Source: the human T2T-CHM13v2.0 reference genome, Homo sapiens
Direction: 5' to 3' (one strand)
Length of the DNA: 64,000 nucleotides
Assembly (NCBI RefSeq): GCF_009914755.1
Contig: NC_060926.1
Below are positions 29,521 through 44,165 of this stretch, one piece after another. A program made the translations under genes and the position numbers. The first letter of the stretch is position 1; each line of letters opens with the position of its first letter. Below the pieces are notes generated by a model. It saw only the letters and a list, made by a program, of their open reading frames with translations, had not been told where the DNA came from and searched no databases.

Positions 29521-29634
29521 GGGAATGATCCTAGACTGTAAAAACCCTGAGATCTGTAGAGCTTCTACTTTTTACCTCAGAATGCTAGGACCACAGGTCC
29601 ACACTCTCAAGCCCCACTATGGAAAAATCAGGTA

Positions 29635-29900
29635 TAATAATAGCAATCTTAATGAGGCACTTAAGTATAAATCAGGTACTTTTCCATCCCCTTATGATTA
29701 TTATCTCACTGTTCCTTACAACAACCCTGTGACATAGGTATTACAATTATTCCCACTTTACAGATGAGGAAACTGAGGTTCAGAGAAGATATGTAACTTG
29801 CCCTAAGCTAACACCACTAGAAAGAAGCAAAACTAAAGGTTCTTACTGAGATCTGTTTGACTCCACAGCCTGCTCTATCGGCTATTAGGCAATACTGCCA
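29635..29900 (-). mobile_element. MIR
   Basis: cccactttacagatgaggaaactgaggttcagagaag. Confidence 0.85.
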
Positions 29901-32052
29901 ACTATGGGTTTCTTTAAAGTTTTGATTAAAAAAAATTAAAATGTAGCTAGAGATCAGTTTTAAACAATTAATTTTTATGGAAAATGACAATTGCTTACTT
30001 GACTCTCTGACAACACATTACTAACACAAAGGACTGTTTGGACTAGGTCCATGCATGCTGGTGACAGGTACCCAAATTATAGGATCAGCATTTGTGAGCC
30101 TCTTGAATCTTCAGAATACAAATAGGGAATGGTGCAACAAAGTTTGGCTTTGCTTGAACTCTTTAAATAAGAGGGTGACTTGATCTAAATTATTCTAAGT
30201 TCTCAGTTTTCTACCCAGGCATAGGGTTTAATGTAGCACGTGGCTCTCATGCCACCTCCAGCATTTCCCTTAGTTGTGGGTTGTGATATGGTTTAGGTAA
30301 CTTAGAGAAAGGTTAATGAGAAACCTGACATTTTCTGGGATTCACTGAAACTCTAGGTCCTTAGTCCAGTTTGGGGAGGAAAGTGCCTGTAATTTTTCTT
30401 AGGTGCTACCTTTGAGATATCTGTTACATTCTAACTTTCATGTTTTCTATCAGTCCATTGTGTTTGAACCATATGCCTAGTGTCTTTTCACCTGGGAGAG
30501 AAAATTAGAAAGGCAAATGCAAGCCATTCTACTCATAATGTTTGTGCAGAAACATGACGAAATAAGCCATGAGGATGTTATGCTAAAAGAAACCACAGTC
30601 CCTGAGATGAATCTCACACAGCCCTCTATTCCTCACAGAATCTCAAGGTTGGAAAGTACTGTAGGAAGCCACCAAGTCCAGGTCCCTTCTCAAAGCCCTT
30701 GGCAATGACATCTGACCTTTCCTTCACTAGTTCCAAGTGTGTGTGTTTGTTGAGTGGGGGAGGTCACTCTATTTCATGAGTGGCCAGTGCTGACTGATGG
30801 AAAAGCCCTCCTCAATTAAAACTCCAGCTTGACCTCTCTCAAACTGTCCTATGGAAAACTAGAGGGAAAACAGCCCATTTCTTCTCCTCTAATCAGGGCT
30901 TTATTCACAACAATATGTTCCAACTAGTCTGAAAGTTTACAAACTTATCTTTGAAACAGGTGCTCTTAAGAAAGATCATTTTCATATTCAAATCTAAAAA
31001 CAAATTTCAGAAACAATTGTCTACAGGTAGGAGACATTAAAAAATAATTGTTTAATGAATGAATGAATGAGTTTACTCACACCAATAAAAATGGAAGTTT
31101 CCTTTACTATTGAGTTACCATCAGGATACATCGGTTTTGGAGTGACAGGAGGAGAGCATCTCTTGGACCTCAGAGAGGGGCTGATGTCTCTGTCTCCCTT
31201 CCCACCCCATCCTGGGAGACAGGTAGAAGCATCAGTTTACATTTTTATCCCCTCAATGTCCAGCACAGGACCTAGCACAGAGTGAATGCTCAATAAATAC
31301 TCCAAAGAATTTCCAGTAATGGAAAGAGCCCCAGAGACCATTTGGCCCAATCATTTTCCTCCCAGAAATATAAAAGAGAAACAAGTCAGTAATTTCTTGT
31401 GGGTTCCTAGAAAGCCCCTCCCCCACCACCAAATCCAATACCTTTTCATCTGCTTTTGATGCCTAAAGTTCCTTTGATGGAAGTCTAGAGCCTGTCATGG
31501 CACACATTGTCAAGCTTTCCCTTCTAAAGTGGCAAGGTCCAAAGGAAAGATAAATTAACCTCAACTCACACTAAGGTATAAAGGACAGTGGGCAGACCTT
31601 TCTGGAAAGCTACATAAAACTAACTAGCAACGAAAGAATGAGTCATGTGAATCCTAAATCTCTGCTTCTCTGAGCTAGGTATCATCTAAGCTGATGAGAT
31701 TGCCTACCTGTCTCCTCTGGGAAAACAAAAAAGCAGTTTGGAAGGGCGGTCAAGTGGACTTCCCTTCTTAAAGGGGTTGCAAGACCCACAACAAGAGATC
31801 CACATGGTGCCTTTGATGTGACACTCGTTAGGTGTGGATCAGCTCTCCAGTGCTTTGCAAAGACATCTGTTACCCTGTTAATCACATCCTGGACAAGCTC
31901 CAGGATGTCTGAGTCAGGACCCATGGGACACTAGTACTTTTTTAAGAGCCCTTGGTCTACCCTAGAATGACACTTTCTACTCAAGGGTGTGTTGACTAAA
32001 CTATGAATCAGCAGCCCACACATAGCAAGTGCTCTAAGCATATGGCCCTTGG

Positions 32053-32965
<913 letters not shown>

Positions 32966-34042
32966 ATATAGATGAAAGGTAACCTTTTAAAAATCACCAG
33001 AGGAGCTTTTCAACCCACACTCATTATGAAATGCTTGGGGACACCAACCTATGTCTTTTACAAACAGCACTTCAGTTGCTAAGCACCCACTCAGAGAACA
33101 AATACTCCAAAGGAAAGGCCCCTTAATCCTGAATAGATAATAGTTTTAAATAAATATTCTTAGGACCCCAGAGAGACATGTGGGACTGCTGACCAACTAG
33201 ACCCAGGGGTCTCAGACAGGGAAGACCTCAGGCCCAAACCCAAGGAAAGGCCTAACAGTTGCTGAGCAGGAGGGAAGCTGCTCCATAGGGCGGTGGGCCC
33301 ATCGTTCTCAGTCCCCAAAGCAAAGGAGGTCATGGCTCCCCCACAGCCCACAGCATCTCCAACCCCCTGAGCCCAGCCATTTATTAGCCCACATAAGGCA
33401 ACTTCAGTTTAGCCGAACAGCTTATCTATAATATATGGAAACTAGAGAGACACTTGTTCATTGAGATCTTCCCCAAATTTATCAAGACAGGGAGAGAAGA
33501 AATGAGTTGAGTCTTCCTGTTCCACGGAATAGGAACACATTCTACCTGGACCTATGGTAATCAGAAGTGCAGTGCTCCTCCCCTAAAACACTCCAGACCC
33601 TTGAAAGCAGGTTCATGTCATTATCTCAAGAGCAGCATTAGCCAGGAAGGCTAATGAGGGCTCCCTGCCAGGAAGGAACAGCCTAGAGATGCATTTCAGG
33701 AAAGAGGCAGCAGGCAGAGAACAGCTGCCCCAGACAGACAGCACATCCGCCGAGGGCATGATTGCATGGGACTCGAGAAGTATAGTAATGCATTGCTTAA
33801 CGATGGGGATTTGTTCTAAGAAATGCATCATTAGATGATTTCATCACAGTGTGAACATCACAGAGTGCATTTACACAAACCTAGATGGTAGCCTACTATA
33901 TGCCTAGGCTATATGGTATAGCCTATCGATCCCAGGCCACAAACCAGGCCACAGTACAGCATGTTACTGTACTGAATACTGTAGACAACTGTATAACAAT
34001 GGTATTTGTGACCTAAACATATTAAAATATAGAAAAGGTACT

Positions 34043-34266
34043 AAGCTGGGCAGAGTGGCTCATGCTTATAATTCAAGAACCTTTGGAGGCCAAGGTGGGA
34101 GGACTCCTTGAGCCCAGGAGTTTGAGAACAGCCTGGGCAACATAGTGAGACCCCATCTCTACAATAAATTAAAAAATTAGCTGGGCATGGTGGCATATGC
34201 CTGTAGTCCCAGCTACTTGGGAGGCTGAAGTGGGAAGATTGCTTGAGGTCAGGTTGATTGCTTGAG
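34043..34266 (+). mobile_element. AluJ lacking the 3' half of the right arm
   Basis: J diagnostics; homology stops after gattgcttgaggtcagg. Confidence 0.85.
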
Positions 34267-34293
34267 TGGAGTGGAGTGTAACGGAACAGAATG

Positions 34294-34401
34294 GGAAGGA
34301 AGGAAGGAAGGAAGGAAGGAAGGAAGGAAGGAAGGAAGGAAGGAAGGAAGGAAGGAAGGAAGGAAGGCAGGCAGGCAGGCAGGAAGGAAGGAAGGAAGGA
34401 A
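34294..34401 (+). repeat. (GGAA)18(GGCA)4(GGAA)5 microsatellite within a longer purine tract
   Basis: Direct count: 34294-34365, 34366-34381, 34382-34401. Confidence 0.95.
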
Positions 34402-34453
34402 GAAAGGGAGGGAGGGAGGGAAAGAGAGAAAGAGAAAGAAAGAGAATGACAGA

Positions 34454-34745
34454 GGCCGGGCGTGGTGGCTTGTGGCTCATGCCTGTAATCCCAGCATTTT
34501 GGGAGGCCAAGGTGGGTGGATCATGAGGTCAGGAGTTCGAGACCAGCCTGGCCAGCATGGTGAAACCCCATCTCTACTAAAAATACAAAAATTAGCAGGG
34601 CATGGTGGCCTGCGCCAGTAGTCCCAGCTACTCCAGCGGCTGAGGCAGGAGAATCGCTTGAAGCCAGGAGGCAGAGGTTGCAGTAAGCCGACACTGAGCC
34701 ACTGCACCCCAGCCTGGGCAACAGAGCAAGACTCCATCTCAAAAG
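34454..34745 (+). mobile_element. AluS (Sg-like)
   Basis: ggatcatgaggtcaggagttcgagaccagcctggcc; small gtggct duplication near the 5' end. Confidence 0.88.
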
Positions 34746-35745
34746 GAAGGGGAGGAGAGGGGAGGGAAAAGAGAAGAAAGAAAGGTTACAGTAAACATTA
34801 AAGATAATAAATGGTACACCTGTATAGGGCATTTACCACGAATGAAGCTTGCCTGGACTGAAAGTTGCTTTGGGTGAGTCAGTAAGGAGTGGTGAGTGAG
34901 GGTGGCCTAGGACATTACTGTACACTCCTGTACATTTTAGAAACACTGTACACTTAAGCTACACTAAATTTATTTTAAAAAAATTAATTGTGCTAGGACA
35001 TTACGATGGCTATGACTTCAGCACGCGATAGGAATTTTTCAGCTTCCTTATAAAGCTTATGAGACCGCTGATGTATGTGCAGTCCTTCATTGCCTGAAAT
35101 GTTGTTATGTGGCCCGTGACTAGTTTGATTTGGGTTCTGCCTGCCCCATGGTCTCGGGGATGGGAAAGGCGTTGAGTTGTGTGTTTATGGAGTGTGAGCA
35201 TCTCAGCTTCTTGTAATCCCAAGTAATAACTGCACTTTCTGTTCCTCTTGCCTTCTGCTACTCTGAGTTAATGAATAACACCAGGTAACTAGTTTCTGAG
35301 GCAGCCTAGGATCCCAATTCTCAGGTTCCTGCTTGTATGAAGCACCATTTTACCGAAACTTAGGGACAATTCTGAGGCAGTGACCACCTTTCATGAGGTG
35401 ACATGTTGCCAGGCACAGTAGAAGCAAAGCAAGTGTCCACCACGTCTTCATGTTCTAGATTTTTAGGGACAGTTCCCAGCTCAAGTATTCTGTCCTCTTG
35501 TTCAACCAATAAGTACTAATTAGTGGTGATGAAAATATACATAAACCCTAGAGATACTGGTTAAGGATGACTATAAAACAACAATGATGATAATTGTAGC
35601 TAACATTTTTGAGACCGGAGTGGTAGAGGTATTATCCCCATTTTAGAGGTAAGGAAATAGAGGCTCAGGAAGCTAAGATAATAGCACAAAGCTAACATCA
35701 TCTAACCTGAGTCTGTCTGTCATCAAAGACCTTACCTGTACTCTA

Positions 35746-36388
<643 letters not shown>

Positions 36389-38096
36389 TACCCTGTTGTT
36401 TCTGCTCTCACATCCTGTACTGACACTGCAGAATAGCCCTGAAGGTTCTCCTTCCTGGAAGAAGGAGCAACAGTCTTGTCATCTGAGCCAGCTCTGCCAA
36501 AACTGCTTTTCAAGGAGCGAAAGGACTCACCCAAGACTGAGACACACAAGATTTTGGACTGGTACAAGGGAAGGGGCTTTCCTGGATTGATGCCTACACT
36601 CTAGCAGCAGCAAGTACCCCAATCTTCAGACTCAGACCCAGCCCAGGGTCACAGGTTTATCTCCTTCACTAGGACCATTCAGGCTCATGTCTTCCTTGTC
36701 TCCACCCTGCTAACTGTCTACAAACTCAGAAAAGGCCTTTGAATGTCACACAGTTCTGCCCGTGGCAGAAACACACAGAAGGAGAAGAAAATAGGTGGGG
36801 AACTTCAGAATGTGCCATAAGATAGAAACTCCTCCAATGTTCCCAGCACTGAAGCATTAAAATAAAATCTTTGGACAATTATTTGCCTGGATCGAGAAAG
36901 TAAAATCATTTTAGGAGCTGCCACTAATCTTAAAAAATAACAAGTGCGATTTGATCTGTGCAAGGAACCAGAGTGCTTGAAGATTTCTCTGCCGGAGGCT
37001 CCGCACTTTCATGAGGTATCGACAAAGACCCAAGGGTAAGTTACGGGGGGGAGCACGACCACTGTGAGCTTTTGCAGAAGTAGTAGGAACTGGCTAAGTT
37101 AAGATCAATGATTTCCTTGATTGCCTGGCTTCCCCCTCTCTTAAGCCTGGTCTCCGTCTCAATTTCCATTCCTATCGGCCAGAAAAATAAAGATTGTTTA
37201 CAGAGCTGAAATAACACCTGCTTGGTTTATCTTATTTTAGAAACAATAAAAGCTAGGGAGTTGGAGGGATTAAGGAGGGAAAAAATCAATTGTGTTCTTT
37301 CATGTTGGAAACATTAAAAAATAAGTCACCCTGCTACCTGCTCTAAGGTCCAATTTGGCTCTCCATTACCCAGGGCAATTTCCAATTTCATCCTGCAATT
37401 TCCCAAAGTTTAAACTCGGCTGAACCATAACTGAATGCCCTTGACAGACTCCAAGAAACTTTTTCTGGTCAGTTTTTGACAATTCCAGGCCATGAATCTG
37501 ATGCTAGACATGCCAAAAGAAATGGAAATGTTTGCTTTGGCATTAGCACCAAAATACAGTCAGCAGCCCGAGTCTGGCTGAATCATTTTGAATGTTTTTA
37601 AAATGTTTTACATCTTGTTATTTCACAGCATCTTTGTAAGAAAAGTAAAGCAGATTTGCTCCCTCTCCCACCGACCGCGCACTATACAGATGTGGATGTT
37701 GGAAAAAAAAAATCCAAACAACAAAAAGAGAGGAATTGGCTGGCCCCAAGCCACAAGGATAATAGATGGTTAAACTAGGTTAGAATCCAGGTTTTCTAAC
37801 TCCTAAGGCAGTGCTCATTCTGTTCTGCTCTAGACCATGCACCTTTGCAGGATGCTGCCAGCCCAAACGCAGGAGTGATTGGGCTCATCAGATAAGAAAG
37901 CCAGGTCCTCAAATCCAGGCTATCCAAGGGTGGCCACAGCAAGTTCAGCAGGATGCAGAATATAGCAGCCTTTCTCCCTGCCTGCATCTCCCCACAAAAG
38001 GAGCTTTGAAGGAGGACAGGGCAGTTTGAAGTGTGACCCCATCATACACTTCACGAACTAGCATACCATAGCCCCTGCTTGCCCTCACTGAGTTTA

Positions 38097-38428
<332 letters not shown>

Positions 38429-39759
38429 CTAACAATATTTGCCAATCCATACATGTTGGTATTTATACCTTAGTGGCCACTAATATTATTTCTCAGAAAA
38501 AAGTTCTAAATGAGTTTCTATTTTTCTACCTACAACAGCTTCTACATCCATTTGACAAATAGTAGTATAGAAGTGTTCAGGACAAAAATGTCTCTTGGTC
38601 TCAGGAGATGCCGGACGCCAGCATGGATGTGCAGATGGGAAGCCTCTTCTGGAAGACCCCCACCCCAGAGCCGGCAGGAAGCACCGTGATTCTGAGCTTG
38701 GTTGCCTGTGAAGGAATGCTTATAAAGTTCTTCCAACAGCAGCTTCTCTAAGAGGGTACCAACTCTGGGAGTGGGAGGCTGAAGTGACAGTAGGGGGTCA
38801 GTGAGGAACCCTCTGGGTTTCCTACAATAAGGCGATTTCACGCAGAAGCTGGCGACCAGCACTGCAGCCAGGGGACCAGCCCTCTTTAGTCAGAAACACC
38901 TCAACCCTGCACTCAAAGGGACTCATGGACTTGGAGTCCCTGCCGGTGAATGGCCCTGTGTGAGGGCCTGTGCTGCATCACAAAATGACTTTGCCAGGAA
39001 GCTCTAGAGTGTCAAACATCCACACATCCTTGGCTCTGGGCTGAGGAAAATCCCCTGGTTGGTGCTTTAAGAAGGAACCTTGCGGTTTTAGGGGAAGAAT
39101 TCTCCACGGACCTATTTTACCACAGCACCTATTTCTGCAGACTATCTCAGGTAACCGGAATTTCAAAGGGCCCAGGATGGAAAACGTTAGCTTCAAGTCT
39201 TCCTTCTCTGGAATGGATTCCGCTGAGTAGAAGAAGGCTGGGTTTGAAGAGGGAGGAATGAGAGACAGGCTCACCATTCCGGGGTCCCCTGCATGTGCCA
39301 GGCAACAAACTGAGCACATTATATCCCTTCTAATTATCTTGTTTTTTACGAGGCACATATTAGTACCCACCTCCCCATTTTGTTAGTGGGGAGATTGAGG
39401 CTCATAGAGCTTGCCAATGAGAGGACACCCAGGGCTGACTCAAGGCTGTGCTGTTCCTGCGGGGCTGTCACTGCCAAACAGGGAGTGGCAAAAAAGAGTC
39501 GCAGCACCTCAAGCACCTGTGCCGCATCACCCATCCATCCATCAGTCTTCAGACCTGTCAGCTCAGCCCTTTCTGCCAGTGCTTAAATGAACTGAAAAGA
39601 ATAACAAACCCAAGTTTTAATAAGTACATGCAAGGAGGCTGCCGTTGGCCCAGATGCACCTCAGTTGTGCTGATGTAAGCATCAAGCCAGAACACAAAAA
39701 GCCCGAGCACTGAGCGGGACTAATAGGTTTCTACACACAGTGGCAAGGAGCCCACATCC

Positions 39760-40930
<1,171 letters not shown>

Positions 40931-40944
40931 ATAGTAACAGCTGG

Positions 40945-41130
40945 TACTCCTGATCTCTTACTACATGCCACATACTGTTCCAGGTGCCCTAGAGGACACC
41001 ATCACCCCCATTTTGCAGTTGACAAAGCTGAGGCATGGAAAGGTTAACCACTCACCCAGTTATATGAGTGGCGGAGCTGAGATACGAACCCAGGCAGTGT
41101 GATCCAGAGCTCATACTCCTGCTATACCAC
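40945..41130 (-). mobile_element. MIR
   Basis: cccattttgcagttgacaaagctgaggc...ggcggagctgagatacgaacccaggcagt. Confidence 0.78.
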
Positions 41131-41149
41131 CCTTTCATGTCCTGTAAGG

Positions 41150-41263
41150 AAGGTTACCAAGTAAAATACAAAATGTCTAGTTTTATTTGAATTTCAGATA
41201 AAAAGCAAGTCATTTGTTCATATAAGTATATCCTAAATATTGTGCAAGCATCTTGTTTTTGTT

Positions 41264-41299
<36 letters not shown>

Positions 41300-41312
41300 C
41301 TGCCAATGCCAC
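41150..41312. mobile_element. MER53-like hAT MITE with most of one arm replaced by (TG)14 (41268-41295)
   Basis: taaaatacaaaatgtctagttttatttgaatttcagataaa...tataagtatatcctaaatattg. Confidence 0.7.
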
Positions 41313-41368
41313 TAGTAAGCCATAATAAACTTTGGATTTTGTCTAAATGTGGTGGGAATCCACTAGAG

Positions 41369-41562
41369 CAGAGGTCAGCAAACATTTTTCTGTAAAGGGC
41401 AAGACAGTAAATATTTTGTGCCATATAAGAATATGGCACATGCAGCCTCTGTGGCATATTCTGGTTTGGTTTTGGTTGCTGTTGTTTGTTTATACCAGCC
41501 TTTTGAAAATGTAAGAATCATTCTTAGCCACACATCACACCAGCTGCAGTTTCTGACCCCTG
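41369..41562 (+). mobile_element. MER58-family MITE
   Basis: TIRs cagaggtcagcaaac ... gtttctgacccctg; ttctgtaaagggcaagacagtaaatatttt. Confidence 0.8.
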
Positions 41563-41657
41563 ATCTAAAGGATTTTGAGTAGTAGACAGACAGACATGAT
41601 CTCACTCAGGCCTTCATTCTTTTCATGAGGGAAAACACACCCATTCCCAAGAGATGA

Positions 41658-42047
<390 letters not shown>

Positions 42048-43834
42048 TAGGACTCACTTTAGCATTAAGGTTCAACCATGGCACCTCATTGACAAACCAC
42101 TGGTTAAACCTTTTCTCAGTGCCAGGCTTGGCCTACTTGTGTCTGGGATGGTGATTTGACTCCAGGGTTTCACTGCCCATGGGATGTATCAGAGATGAAC
42201 AGGATTTGTACCTTGTAGACCAAGTTCCCTTGGCCTACTTTCTGGATCTCATCCCTTTCTGCATTGAATACAGGCACCTGGCCCTCTCCTTGGCTCCCTC
42301 CTCGGCTCCCTCCTCCCTCCCCAGGCACTGCTCAGGCCTTATTCATCATTTGTCTCCATGGGTGACCTCCTTTCTGGCCTCTTCCTGCTTTTTTCTCTCA
42401 TTCTTCTTCTTTAATTAAAAAGGCTTTAGCCAAAATGAATTCCTACCTCTGTCAGGCCTTCAAATTCCTGTTTTCTGGACATTTCAGATTTGCCTTGAAG
42501 AGTGTCTAAGACAAAGCCTGTTCTCCTTTCATTCTCACCATGTCTTACTGGGGCCCTTTATACACAGCCACCTCTCACTGCCTCTTTATAGGGTCGGTGT
42601 TTCCTGTCCAACAATTTGCCTTCTCTGGGAATACAGGCTAAATCTTGCTTTTTTTTTCTGCAATCCACAATCCACACTTCACTTTGGACATAATGAAGAC
42701 ACAAGAATATAAGAATATTTATTAAACGCAGTTCTTCCATTTTTCCCATCTCTTTTCTGTGTGTGTAAGCTGTCTCCTCCCTGCTTGTCAGTCTCTCCTC
42801 TTGTCTGAAGTTAACCAGTTGGAATGCAAGTCTGCAAGATGGTCACACAAGACCTTTTTCTTCATTATTGTACTTTCCTATTCCTTGAGAATATTCATCA
42901 TCTTTCACCTAACTGAGGTTTTCTGTCTGCCTTTCCGTTTAGTCAACTAAGTGGGCAAGTTAGCTAACTGTATGTTGGCTTGTATACAGGAAATGGCAAG
43001 TAATAATAAAACAGTCAAGCAATACCATTGACTGAGACCTCCATGAGGTACTAAGGAAGTTTGAGAGAAATCAAAGATCCCTGGGCATGCAAGTGCATGT
43101 GTGTGTGCATGTGTGCGTGCGTGCGTGTGTGCAAAAGTAAGTGGAGAGTGGAGAAAGAGGAATGTCACTTTGATTTAGCCTTCTAGGGACAGGATACAGT
43201 GCAGGAATCTTTCCCTTGACATGCTTTCTGGGAAATTTCCAATGTCTGGCTTTGACCACTCTGGCTGTTTTAAATCAGAAACACTCTTTGGCCTTTGAAT
43301 AGGTTTCAAAATCATCACAAGAGAGATGTCCATGATTTCTCTCTTTTTGTCTATATTCCAGTCCTTTGGGTTGCATGATCTTGTGAAATTTGTAGCCAGC
43401 GAAACCCAGTAGTGATAGGCACCATGATGAACAGGTCTGAGTATTTATTTAACACTGAAGATTAATAGGTCACTGCTTCCAACGTCGAAAGCCATTGTCA
43501 CATTAATTCATTTGTGCATACATGATGTCCACTGCTCCTAAGGGTACAAATAATAGCTTTGCCAATATGAAAGCAAAACATAATTACTCAACAATAAACA
43601 CACTGTACACTGGGAACAGCTGTTATCAACAGCACTTTTGAAGCCAAAACAAAGCAAGTATTACAGGATTTTTTTTAAACCTCTGCCTATCATTCTCACA
43701 GAGGTAAAGTTAGTTTTGTTTGTTTGGTTTTGTCACAACAAGTGCAACTAAGCTACAAGTACTTTACTCAGACACCATTCTGCCCTCGCTTTCAGGCCAG
43801 ACAAGATGCTTGGCAACATTTTTGTCTAGCCAGT

Positions 43835-43906
43835 GCCCCCCTACACACCCACACATCCCTACACACCTACACACCCCTACACACACACACATCCCTATAC
43901 ACACAC
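43835..43906 (+). repeat. Degenerate (CCCTACACAC)n / CA-rich tandem repeat
   Basis: Seen directly. Confidence 0.7.
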
Positions 43907-43929
43907 TTCCTTTTCCTGATGCTCAGCCT

Positions 43930-44165
43930 ATCTGTAGAGTCTGTTGGACTGAGTGGGTGGGACTTCTGGTGCCAACACTTACTAACTGGGCAACTCCAGG
44001 CAAGCTATTTAACCCTCTCGGCCGCAGCTTCTTCATTTGTAATATGGCTGATAATAATAGTACTTACATTCTTATAGAGTGATAATGAAGTGAGAAAATG
44101 CATTTAAGAGTCCTAGTTACTATACCAGATACATAGTAAGTGCTTGATAAGTGCAAATATCATTG
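43930..44165 (+). mobile_element. MIR
   Basis: cacttactaactggg...ggcaagctatttaaccctctcgg...acatagtaagtgcttgataa. Confidence 0.78.

Larger units (their letters stand above)
33783..35122 (+). mobile_element. Tigger3 (MER7/Golem)-family deletion derivative split by two Alus and a microsatellite
   Basis: gcttaacgatgggga...acacaaacctagatggta...cagcatgttactgtactgaatactgtag; resumes aaatggtacacctgtatagggcatttacca; ends gaaatgttgttatgtggcccgtgact. Confidence 0.85.

Noticed and set aside
34169-34832. GRKE-repeat and PSFL-repeat ORFs and Alu-like peptides
   Set aside because: Translations of the GGAA microsatellite and adjacent Alus. The same applies to the other LSPRLECSG-type ORFs (590, 32425, 36037, 41703, 55193, 62590).
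38600-39720. Mild CpG enrichment as a possible CpG island or internal promoter
   Set aside because: Roughly 20 CpGs in 1.1 kb, far below island density.
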